Source: Waterburya sp.
GTDB taxonomy: Bacteria; Cyanobacteriota; Cyanobacteriia; Cyanobacteriales; Xenococcaceae
Assembly (NCBI GenBank): GCA_965217895.1
Contig: CBDCJV010000002.1
Location: 2,400,001 to 2,464,000 of the forward strand
Length of the DNA: 64,000 nt
Direction: 5' to 3'
The notes under the pieces were generated by a model. The model made no database searches, was not told where the DNA came from, and was given only the letters and a program-made list of their open reading frames with translations. The translations under genes and the position numbers were made by a program. Position 1 is the first letter of the stretch. The number at the start of each line of letters is the position of its first letter. Below are positions 18,810 to 27,617 of the stretch, in pieces.

Positions 18810-21095
18810 TTAAATTTTGGTTTTGCTGACCCTACCTTTGTGGGAATTATTGTTTTCAGAAATGTCAGATACTTTTGCTTTTGGACCGCTGTATTTAGGA
18901 ATCTGATTGCCCAAAGTTCCTTTATCGTAGTAACTTTTAGCATAACGACCATGATAAGAATAGCGATCAAAGTCGTTTGGCTTGACTCCATTAACGACCA
19001 TTCCCAATACCTTTTGTCCTGTAGTAGCCAAAGCCTCTTGAGCAAGCTCCGCGCTTTCTTGTTCAACAATTCCTGGTCTAGTTACAAAAACGATTCCATC
19101 TACTAGCTTACTAAGGGTAAGTACATCTGCCGTAACAGGCAAAGGAGGTGCATCGATGAGAATCAGGTCATATTCTCGGCGGGAGCGACCCACAAAGTCA
19201 CTTAAGGCAGGAGAGTCAAGTATAGCCAAAGGATTAGAGTTAACCATACCACTGGTTAACAAGCTTAGATTTGGCATTGGCTTTTTAAGAATCGATATAG
19301 GAGTGACATTGTTGGTCACAATGTCTTTCAAGCCTTGGTTATTGTCTACATCCCATAAATAATGTTGAGAAGAACGGCGCAGATCTCCGTCTACTAATAA
19401 GACATTACGACCCAGTTGGGCGATCGCTGCTCCTAAGTTAGCTGTTACTGTTGATTTTCCTTCTTCAGGAACAGAGCTGGTAATCAAGATTACTTTGGGA
19501 GGCTTATCGCTAGTCAAGAATTTAAGATTTGCCTGAATCATGCGATAAATTTCGCTGGTAAAAGAATCTGGTTCTTCCCTGGTAATAATTCTACCCTGAT
19601 AGCTAGGTGGCTCTAAGGGAGTAATACCAATAACGTTATAGGCAAATCTCTTTTTAACTTCTGCTAGAGTCTGAAGGGAACGATCCTGCATTTCCAGCAA
19701 AATAACCGATAAATTCGCCAAAAACGCGCCCAAAACTATCCCTAGCCCCATCAACACTACCCTGCCAGAGCTACCTTTATCTGGAACAGAGGCATATTCT
19801 ACAATATCAGTATTACCACTTTGTTGATTTCCTGCTATTTGCGCTTGCTGTAGGCTATCTAATAGGGTCTTATATGTTTTGCCCGCAGCTTCTGAATTAC
19901 GAACTAATTCTTGCTCTTGCTTTTCTAGTCGCGGTAGTTCTTTAGCTCGCTGCAAATATTTCTGCTGGGATTCATACAGAGAAGAAACCTGTCTTTGCAA
20001 GCTTAATTCGTCAATTTTTAAGCTAATAAATCTCTCTAGCTGGTTCTCTTTAGTTCCGTCTTTACTGTTTAATAAACCTTCAGATACATTGACTCCCTGT
20101 CCGACAGAACTAGCAATTAATCCTTTTAGCTGCTGTGTTAAGTCATTTTTCTTTTCTAGAAGACTGACTATAGTAGGATGGTCATCCTTAAATCTTTGAC
20201 GCTGTTTAGATAGCTCTGATTCGGTTGCACCTAACTGCTCTATAATACTTTGAACTTCAGGAGAAGCTCCTAATTGATTAGCAGCAATAGCCTGATTCAT
20301 ATCTAAGCCGATCTGACTTTGTAGCGCAGAAGTTTGAGCCTGAGTACCTTGTAGTTCAGAGCCAGTGGTTGTTATTTGCTGGTTCAATGCTCCCAGGTTA
20401 GCAACTAAATCTTTCTTTTCTTCACCAATGTCAACAATACTATTTTCTGTTCTAAATTTAGAGATATTAGACTCCGCTTGCTCTACCTTGGTTTCGATAC
20501 TTGGTAGCTCTTTTTCGATAAAGCCTTTGGCTGCTTCAGGCTGAGACTGATTGCTTCTAATCTGCTCCTGAACATAGACATCCATTAAGGAATTTACTAC
20601 TTCAGAAGCTACTTTTGGATTGGGACTCTTGTATTTTATTTGAACTACATCAGTCCCGCCAACTAATTCTGTAGCCAGTTTTTTTCTAAAATCCTCAGGT
20701 TTTAAAGGTTCTCCTTTGTCATCGGTTAGCTTTTGCCGATCAATTACCTGTTGAATTACTGGTTCAGAAGTTAAAACCTCAATTTGGGTACTTAAAGGAC
20801 TTTGGCTATTTAATAGAGGTTGTAGTTCGTCTGCCTGTTGCCCAATTCCTACATACTTGGCTGCGGTTTTTTGTTTGAACAGCAATTTGCCTTCTGCTTG
20901 ATATGTTCTCTGCTGTAATAAGCTCAGACCTCCCGTGACTCCTAAAGTTAAGAGAAATATCGCCAAGGCAGGTTTCCAACGTCTTTTAACTTTAAGTAGA
21001 TACTCGCTAAAATTTACGTCTAGGGAGTCTCTCGAAGAACCTGCTGATGCAGGAGAATTATTGATATTTTGGTCTTTAGAGTTATTACTCAACAT
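18810..21095 (-). CDS. Wzc/GumC polysaccharide co-polymerase with tyrosine autokinase domain
   Basis: Two membrane segments around a coiled coil; EEGKST Walker A, VDGDLR, IDAPP, Tyr-rich tail. Confidence 0.92.
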   Translation of the reverse strand: MLSNNSKDQNINNSPASAGSSRDSLDVNFSEYLLKVKRRWKPALAIFLLTLGVTGGLSLLQQRTYQAEGKLLFKQKTAAKYVGIGQQADELQPLLNSQSPLSTQIEVLTSEPVIQQVIDRQKLTDDKGEPLKPEDFRKKLATELVGGTDVVQIKYKSPNPKVASEVVNSLMDVYVQEQIRSNQSQPEAAKGFIEKELPSIETKVEQAESNISKFRTENSIVDIGEEKKDLVANLGALNQQITTTGSELQGTQAQTSALQSQIGLDMNQAIAANQLGASPEVQSIIEQLGATESELSKQRQRFKDDHPTIVSLLEKKNDLTQQLKGLIASSVGQGVNVSEGLLNSKDGTKENQLERFISLKIDELSLQRQVSSLYESQQKYLQRAKELPRLEKQEQELVRNSEAAGKTYKTLLDSLQQAQIAGNQQSGNTDIVEYASVPDKGSSGRVVLMGLGIVLGAFLANLSVILLEMQDRSLQTLAEVKKRFAYNVIGITPLEPPSYQGRIITREEPDSFTSEIYRMIQANLKFLTSDKPPKVILITSSVPEEGKSTVTANLGAAIAQLGRNVLLVDGDLRRSSQHYLWDVDNNQGLKDIVTNNVTPISILKKPMPNLSLLTSGMVNSNPLAILDSPALSDFVGRSRREYDLILIDAPPLPVTADVLTLSKLVDGIVFVTRPGIVEQESAELAQEALATTGQKVLGMVVNGVKPNDFDRYSYHGRYAKSYYDKGTLGNQIPKYSGPKAKVSDISENNNSHKGRVSKTKI

Positions 21096-21293
21096 ATTAA
21101 GTCAGGAAATTTTATGGTTATGGTGATACTCTGATTTTTTTTAGTTGTGTTAGACAGTACTTCTAGTGTTTATATTAATACTTCATCTAAGATATATCAT
21201 GGGCTACAGAATAAACTGTCTCAATCGCTATAATCTTGCAGATAATCTTATGTATGTTTTACAACTAACTTATCCACGCTTTCGGAAATTTCT

Positions 21294-22091
21294 TTGATTT
21301 TATCCTTTGCTTATCTATTAGTTTTTCATGGTAGTCGAAGTCGCAGAACTCAATCTGCTGCATCAGATTTATGTAGGCTGTTAACTATAAAATTTAGATC
21401 TAGAAATATATTAACTCAGCAAAATTACTTAAAAACCAATTTAACTTGTTCTGAGCCAGAAATAACCACAATTAAAAATTTACCGATCAATCCTTTGGTT
21501 GAAGTTGCTGCTTTGGAATTAGCACCGCTTTCTTTAAATGAAAGTTTAGTTAATTTTGCTCAGGCAGCCACTCAAAAAGGTTACAGGAAAATTAAGATAT
21601 TGCCTCTATTTCTTGCTCCTGGTATCCATGTAACCAAAGATATCCCTGATGAGATTGCTTTAGCCGCAGAACAAATTAATAATCATTTAACTATAGAATT
21701 ATTGCCATATTTAGGTAAATATTCGGGAATGATACCCCTAATATCTCGTAAATTTTCTCAACTTTCAGGAGAAACAGGCATTTTGGTGGCACATGGAAGT
21801 TCTTTATCTACAGCAACTAGATACTTTCAAAATTTAAGCGTCAAGGTAAATGCAGCAATCGCCTATTGGTCAATTAGCCCTAGTCTTAGGGAACAGGTAA
21901 CGACGCAAATTGCTGCTGGCTATCAAAAAATTGCCATCCTGCCTTATTTTCTTTTTCCAGGCAAAATCTCGGAGGCGATCGCCCTGGAGGTTGAGGCATT
22001 ACAAGCAGAAAATCCTCAAGTTGAGTTGATTTTGGGACAGCCTTTGGGAGCTTGTGAGGCTTTGGCGCAATTGATTTTTGAGGAGATGTAA
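21294..22091 (+). CDS. Sirohydrochlorin chelatase (CbiX/SirB family)
   Basis: HGSR, LPLFLAPGIH..DIP, second HGS and PYFLFPG; upstream of cobA. Confidence 0.85.
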   Translation: MILSFAYLLVFHGSRSRRTQSAASDLCRLLTIKFRSRNILTQQNYLKTNLTCSEPEITTIKNLPINPLVEVAALELAPLSLNESLVNFAQAATQKGYRKIKILPLFLAPGIHVTKDIPDEIALAAEQINNHLTIELLPYLGKYSGMIPLISRKFSQLSGETGILVAHGSSLSTATRYFQNLSVKVNAAIAYWSISPSLREQVTTQIAAGYQKIAILPYFLFPGKISEAIALEVEALQAENPQVELILGQPLGACEALAQLIFEEM

Positions 22092-22096
22092 ATAGA

Positions 22097-22855
22097 ATGA
22101 AACAAGCTAAATATGTCGGCAAAGTTTATTTAGTTGGTGCAGGTCCAGGCGATCCTGGCTTATTGACGGTTAAAGGTAAAACCCTGTTAGAACACGCTGA
22201 TGTGGTAATTTATGATGCTTTGGTAAGCCCAGAAATATTGGCTATTATTAATCCCCAAGCAGAAAAGATCGATGCAGGAAAACGCCGAGGTCGTCACTCT
22301 TTGCCCCAGGCTCAAACTACAGAATTATTAAAGCTCAAGGCTGAAAAAAGTGCTGTAGTAGTACGTTTAAAAGGAGGAGATCCTTTTGTTTTTGGCAGGG
22401 GTGGAGAAGAAATGGCAGATTTAATCAAAGCAGGAATAAAAGTCGAAGTTGTTCCAGGAATCACTTCAGGTATTGCTGCACCTGCCTATGCAGGGATTCC
22501 CGTTACCCATCGTCAATATAATTCTGCGGTCACTTTTGTGACTGGACATGAGACAACCGAGAAATATCGCCCTGGAGTAAACTGGCAAGCGATCGCCCAA
22601 GGCTCGGAAACTATAGTAATTTATATGGGCGTGCATAATCTACCGCAGATTATTCCTCAACTGCTAGCAGGAGGAATGACTTTGGATACTTCTATTGCCC
22701 TCATTCGTTGGGGAACAAGACCAGACCAAACTCAGCTTATAGGTACTCTTAAAACAATTGTCGAGCAAATTGCAGCAGCAGATTTTCAAGCTCCCGCGAT
22801 CGCTGTTATTGGTCAAGTGGTGGATTTGCGCTCTCTACTATCTATCCAGCCATAA
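22097..22855 (+). CDS. cobA: Uroporphyrinogen-III C-methyltransferase
   Basis: VGAGPGDPGLLT, RLKGGDPFVFGRGGEE, VPGITS. Confidence 0.95.
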   Translation: MKQAKYVGKVYLVGAGPGDPGLLTVKGKTLLEHADVVIYDALVSPEILAIINPQAEKIDAGKRRGRHSLPQAQTTELLKLKAEKSAVVVRLKGGDPFVFGRGGEEMADLIKAGIKVEVVPGITSGIAAPAYAGIPVTHRQYNSAVTFVTGHETTEKYRPGVNWQAIAQGSETIVIYMGVHNLPQIIPQLLAGGMTLDTSIALIRWGTRPDQTQLIGTLKTIVEQIAAADFQAPAIAVIGQVVDLRSLLSIQP

Positions 22856-23119
22856 AACCTACACCCTACACTTAGCCACAAATTTTTGCAGCAATTAGGT
22901 CTATTAAATGGGATGATATTTAGTGGGCAGATGTGCTGCTGCATAAGCAGTATATTTCACGTCCAATGATTTATCATCATCACTCTAGGAATCAAGATTT
23001 GCTAAGTATTTCTACTTAGTCTGTCTTGACAGAAATCCTAGTATAATACATAACTACTGAATCCTGACAATTTATTAATCATTTCGTCTTTGTTGACGAG
23101 ATTTATATAGACCGTGCTT

Positions 23120-23308
23120 ATGGGCTTTGCAGAACTGTCAATTGCTGATATTGCAGCAGAATACCAAATAAAAGAACAAAAAGTGTTTGAGCTTTGCGAT
23201 CGCTTTAAAATCAATTATAAAAACGAACGCACCTGTCTAGCACTAGAAGATGCTAAGACAATTATCATGGAAATTCTGGCTGCTAAAACTAACTCAGAAG
23301 CTAAATAA
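23120..23308 (+). CDS. Small IF-2 N-terminal-domain-like protein
   Basis: MGFAELSIADIA...LALEDAK.I motif; cyanobacterial neighbour of psbV. Confidence 0.7.
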   Translation: MGFAELSIADIAAEYQIKEQKVFELCDRFKINYKNERTCLALEDAKTIIMEILAAKTNSEAK

Positions 23309-23476
23309 AAATAACTAAACTTAGCTTTGATAGGTTCTATCTGCACTTATAGCGATAAGATTGTTTACTGTTTTTATTAAAAACCAGGTATTCTGTCAAG
23401 ATAAATAACTGAAGATTATGTATATTGGTGCATTACAAATAGCATCACTATCAAATTAAAACTTTTGAGGAAAACA

Positions 23477-23968
23477 ATGTTGAAGCGATTATTATTTGCT
23501 GCTGTAGCTGCCTTATTTTTGGCAATTCAATTTAATATCGGTAGCGTAAACGCGCTCGAATTAGATGAAAATATTCGTACTGTTCCCCTAAACGATCAGG
23601 GTGAGAAAACTGTTCTAAGTCTAAAGCAAGTAAAACAAGGGCAGAAAGTGTTTGTCGATACTTGTTCTTATTGCCATAAAAATGGTGTAACTAAAACTAA
23701 TCCTAACGTTAACTTAGGTTTGACTGCGTTGGCTGGTGCTTATCCTGCTAGAGACAACTTAGAAGGAATTGTGGATTACCTTAAAAACCCCACTACTTAT
23801 GACGGGGAAAAAGAAATCTATGAATTTCATCCTAACACTACCCGCTCGGATCTTTATCCTTTGATGCGTAATTTGACTGATGAAGATTTAGAGGCTGTTG
23901 CAGGACACATTTTAATCCAGCCTGAAGTTCGTGGCATCCTTTGGGGTGGAGGAAAAGTTTACAACTAA
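23477..23968 (+). CDS. psbV: Photosystem II cytochrome c-550
   Basis: Signal peptide, CSYCH, TKTNPNV, KNPTTYDG, HP, WGGGK; GAGG RBS before ATG 23477. Confidence 0.95.
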   Translation: MLKRLLFAAVAALFLAIQFNIGSVNALELDENIRTVPLNDQGEKTVLSLKQVKQGQKVFVDTCSYCHKNGVTKTNPNVNLGLTALAGAYPARDNLEGIVDYLKNPTTYDGEKEIYEFHPNTTRSDLYPLMRNLTDEDLEAVAGHILIQPEVRGILWGGGKVYN

Positions 23969-24456
23969 ATTGTGAAGCAAATAGCTGTCGGCTTTTAGCC
24001 ATCAACTACTAACTTAATTATTTGTATATAGACAGGATAAGAGATTGAAGATAAATTCTTCTGGTTTCTTGTCCTTTTTGTTGGCTGAATATTAAAAGGT
24101 GATACAAATTATATTTGCATTTCCACTAATATTGATAACATTACCAATGTTGCCAGAATTAATATAGATTCCACAATAATTAAGTAATAATTGTTTTTTT
24201 GTTAGCGATCGCCGCATTTAAGCCAATAGTAGTAATATTAGAACGGACACTTTTAAAGAATTAAGTATACATACGGTTTAAATAACCGCTAATAACAAGA
24301 TTACCTGTTGATGCCTTTCCTATGTTTTAAATTGAATTGACTTTATCCAATCTTTAAGGAAACAAAAAGATTTCATGAACTAAAAGAAACTGTGATGAAA
24401 AAAACCCTGAACTCTCAAATAAAACTTTAAAGTTGGCGATCGCTAATTATGATTAA

Positions 24457-25080
24457 ATGTTAAACGTCAAATGTTTACGTTCAGAACCCTTTGTCTGGAT
24501 TCATCTATCGGGAATTGTTCTTTTTCCTGTTTTATTAGAAGTAGCTTGGATTGGCTTGTCGCTGGGCAATCGTTTTAATTACATATTGGAACTAGCATTG
24601 TTGATTGGCAGCAGCGTTTTTCCTGTGCTGTTGATGCAGCTAACTCGCCCGTTTAACATTTTTAGCATTTTATTTGTATCTTTAAAATCTGAATGCTTAA
24701 GTGAGAAGCAAAGGCAAATACTGACCTTGTTTAGAACCGCCAAGCAAAAAATTTTTAGCATGGTGGCAGCAGGAATTATGATCGTAACATTGTTGCTGCT
24801 CTATCGCTTATCTCCATTAGCTGTTGGTGTTGTTAACTTTTTACCCCAATGGCATATATTAGGCTTGGCGATCGCCATTGTCGCTTTTTTGGCGAGTAAC
24901 TTGTTTTTACAAGTACCTTTAAGCGTCTTGCTGGTTTTACTTACCAAAGAATCAAAACTAGCTGAGATTGAACCATATCCTCTAGAAAAAATAAATGAAA
25001 GCTTTACCACACCTGGAATTAAGGTAAATAAAATACTTTGGTTTTTAGAACCTGCACTCGAAACTACAGATAATGCCTGA
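24457..25080 (+). CDS. Conserved cyanobacterial membrane protein
   Basis: RSEPFVWIHLSG, NLFLQVP motifs; four hydrophobic segments. Confidence 0.75.
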   Translation: MLNVKCLRSEPFVWIHLSGIVLFPVLLEVAWIGLSLGNRFNYILELALLIGSSVFPVLLMQLTRPFNIFSILFVSLKSECLSEKQRQILTLFRTAKQKIFSMVAAGIMIVTLLLLYRLSPLAVGVVNFLPQWHILGLAIAIVAFLASNLFLQVPLSVLLVLLTKESKLAEIEPYPLEKINESFTTPGIKVNKILWFLEPALETTDNA

Positions 25081-25194
25081 GTGTTCTTTGAAGGTGTTTT
25101 TTAAAATTTTCAATTATGTATTTCCAACTACAAACTCTTTTTACGGTTGAGGTACGCTTATAATTATAGAGTAAGAAATATAATATCTTTCCCC

Positions 25195-25389
25195 ATGGTA
25201 GATTCAAATATAGCAGTACAAAACGGCAGCAATCAAGATCGAGAAATCTGGAACAATCTTCAACGGGCGATCGCCGAAAGCTCTGGTTTTCAAAGCTGGA
25301 AGCAAGAAAGAAATGTGAGCATCGAAGAGAACTTGGATATTCAAGTACGACGCTATCTAGAAGAAACTCTAGAAACTCTTGCTTACTAA
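25195..25389 (+). CDS. Small conserved hypothetical protein
   Basis: W.NLQRAIAESSGFQSW...VRRYLEETLETLAY. Confidence 0.7.
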   Translation: MVDSNIAVQNGSNQDREIWNNLQRAIAESSGFQSWKQERNVSIEENLDIQVRRYLEETLETLAY

Positions 25390-25425
25390 ATAATAAGGCT
25401 TTAATTAATTTTTTGCTTAATCTTC

Positions 25426-25454
25426 GTAGGGACGTATAATAAATGCGTCCCTAC
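25426..25454. repeat. GTAG-type REP-like palindrome
   Basis: GTAGGGACGTAT-AATAA-ATGCGTCCCTAC between convergent genes. Confidence 0.75.
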
Positions 25455-25479
25455 TGTAGTTTTTAGATAATAAATATCG

Positions 25480-25923
25480 CTATTCATATCTTTTACCATT
25501 GTATTTAATCCATCCCCCAGGATGATTTCCCGCAGGATCGTGATGTGTCCAATGTATTACACCACCCTGAGCATTCCATTCATATTCACCCTTAAATATA
25601 ACCAAATCACCTTTTTGAAGTGAATTAATTCTTGGAGCAATGTCGATGTTGTGAGCAATTAATAAAGTTTTACCAGAACTTAGCTTAATAATAAATCTTT
25701 GGTGTCTACTACCATCTAGATCATCTGCAAGAATCTTAATTACAGTCCCTTGACCTTCTACTTGAGCATTACTGTTTTGAGTTTTAAAAGCATTTTCTGA
25801 TAGTTGCTTATTGTTTTTAATTAATGGCGAAAGTTCTGCATTAGAAACTGGTGTCATTTTAGTAGATCCACAAGCCAACTCAATCAAAGTAATTAAAATC
25901 AGCAGTTTGCGTAAGAACTTCAT
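25480..25923 (-). CDS. DUF3465-like OB-fold secreted protein
   Basis: DDLDGSRHQRFI, AHNID.APR, GEYEWN..GG.IHWTHHDP. Confidence 0.8.
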   Translation of the reverse strand: MKFLRKLLILITLIELACGSTKMTPVSNAELSPLIKNNKQLSENAFKTQNSNAQVEGQGTVIKILADDLDGSRHQRFIIKLSSGKTLLIAHNIDIAPRINSLQKGDLVIFKGEYEWNAQGGVIHWTHHDPAGNHPGGWIKYNGKRYE

Positions 25924-26204
25924 TTTCGTTCTGAAAAATACTATCTTAACTCTGTATTATTTGAAATACAAAATCGACGATAGGACTTACGCATTAGTTA
26001 ATCTATGAAGCTTAAGTAGTAGGTAGTAATTTATCTGTTTATATCGTACGTCTGATGTGAATCAGGCTTACTCATGTTTACTAATATTAATCAGTGAAAA
26101 GCTTTGAATTTAGGGCAATAAATTAGTTAGTAAAACAAATATTGTAGCTATACTCTTATAGAAGCCATTTGGGATCTTGGTAAAAGAGGTATAATCAGGT
26201 CAAA

Positions 26205-27292
26205 ATGCCTTATTCAAGCAGTTTGACCGATAAAGAGGGGGAAATTGTTGAACCCCTATTGCCTAAGAAGAAAAGAACCAAGCCTCCAACATGGAGCAAA
26301 AGAGAAATCTTGGATGGGGTTTTGTATCAACTCAAGAACGGCTGTAACTGGTGTGATTTACCGAAAGATTTACCACCTTACTCAACAGTATTTTGGCATT
26401 ACAAACAGTGGCGAGGACAAGGAGTAATCGAAGATATCAGGGATGTATTACATGGTCAAGTCCGTCAACAAATAAAAAAAAACCAAATGGACAACCTTAA
26501 TCATAATCGATTCACAAGCGTTCACAAGTAGCAAGTAGCAAGTAGCAAGTAGCAATTTTACCTCTCGTTAAAACAAGAGGATTGAAACAAAGAAATGTGT
26601 TTTATTTTTTTTCGTCTTTAAAGAGCGCAACGCGCAAGCGTTGCCAGTCGTCTTCAACGACGATCTGAGCCTTTCAGGCTCTGCGCTTTAGACCAACTTC
26701 GGAGTTACTTAATTGCTATCTGTTATCTGCGCGAACTCCACGCGGCTGCTACTTAACTCCGAAGGAGTTGGTAAAAAATACTTGTAACGCCAGTGTAGAG
26801 TCTAAGGGGTTTTGTTTTTACAAATCTACGAACGGAATTAAGAGGCATTTAGCGGTAGATACTTGGGGTTTTCCTTTCTTGACTCACTGCACCAAAGCTT
26901 CAGTGTCAGATGATCTGGGTTTAATTGAAATGTTGTCAGATAACATTGATTACTTCAAATCGAAGCCTGTCAACATTCCTAGGATAACCATTCTACTTGA
27001 CAATGGATACCACCCAGAAAAATTAATCCAGGAGTTGACCAAAATTTAGCCTCAGATCATGACCAAGAGCAAATTTTTGCTCTCGCCCAAACCGTCGAAA
27101 GCACAAAAGAAAAAGGAAGGAAAAACAGGATTTGTACCAGTTAAAGCTAGGTGGGTTATAGAAAGAACCAATTCCTGGATGCAAAGGTGCAAAAGTTTAG
27201 TCAAGAATTTTGAAAGAACTCTTGAGAATGCCACCACCGAGATTAACCTTTGTTTTGTCAGACTGATGCTCAAAAGATTAGCTGCTGGTTAG
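26205..27292 (+). pseudogene. IS5-family transposase, disrupted
   Basis: YQLKNGCNW.DLP.DLPPYSTV; frame change at A9 run 26474-26482; 250-bp insert after DSQA; TAG at 27047-27049; RWVIERTNSW...KNFER. Confidence 0.88.
26521..26770 (+). mobile_element. 250-bp heptamer-flanked structured insertion inside the transposase
   Basis: Removing it restores GAT TCA CAA GCG GTA AAA AAT; begins with (AAGTAGC)n. Confidence 0.8.
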
Positions 27293-27334
27293 ATAGATCC
27301 CAAATAGGTTCTATACGGAAGGGGTCTGGGTACA

Positions 27335-27595
27335 TTGCTGACTCAGGCTGGTTTTGAACGGGTAGATAATCAACCATTTACTGTCCATCATGTTTATAGT
27401 TTAGATAGCCAAGAACTACGGGGCTTTATTGAATATGTGGACTCTTGGCTAGCACCTACCGTTGAACAGGCTGCTACTAAGTTAGGCAAAGATGTTCAAA
27501 GACTCAAGGCTGGATTAAATTGGTTTGTAAGTATTCCTAAGCGTGATAACGGTGCAGTTTCCGCTACCATCTATCGTGCGATCGCAATTTGTTAG
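27335..27595 (+). pseudogene. C-terminal fragment, probably of a SAM-dependent methyltransferase
   Basis: LGTLLTQAGFERV pattern at the start; 5' part replaced by MITE/IS sequence. Confidence 0.5.
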
Positions 27596-27617
27596 AGTTT
27601 TTACTCTTATCTCTGAT

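Larger units (their letters stand above)
26159..27313 (+). mobile_element. IS5-family insertion sequence (inactive)
   Basis: TAGAAGCCATTTGGGATCT / AGATCCCAAATAGGTTCTA inverted ends flanked by TA; transposase remnants inside. Confidence 0.88.

Noticed and set aside
18680..19069. 129-aa ORF overlapping the wzc 3' end
   Set aside because: Alternate frame of wzc with no recognisable motif
23026..23047. TTGACA...TATAAT as a sigma70 promoter
   Set aside because: Spacer is only 10 nt
26624..26687. Cloverleaf as a tRNA gene
   Set aside because: No T-loop TTCRA, D-loop GG or 7-nt anticodon loop
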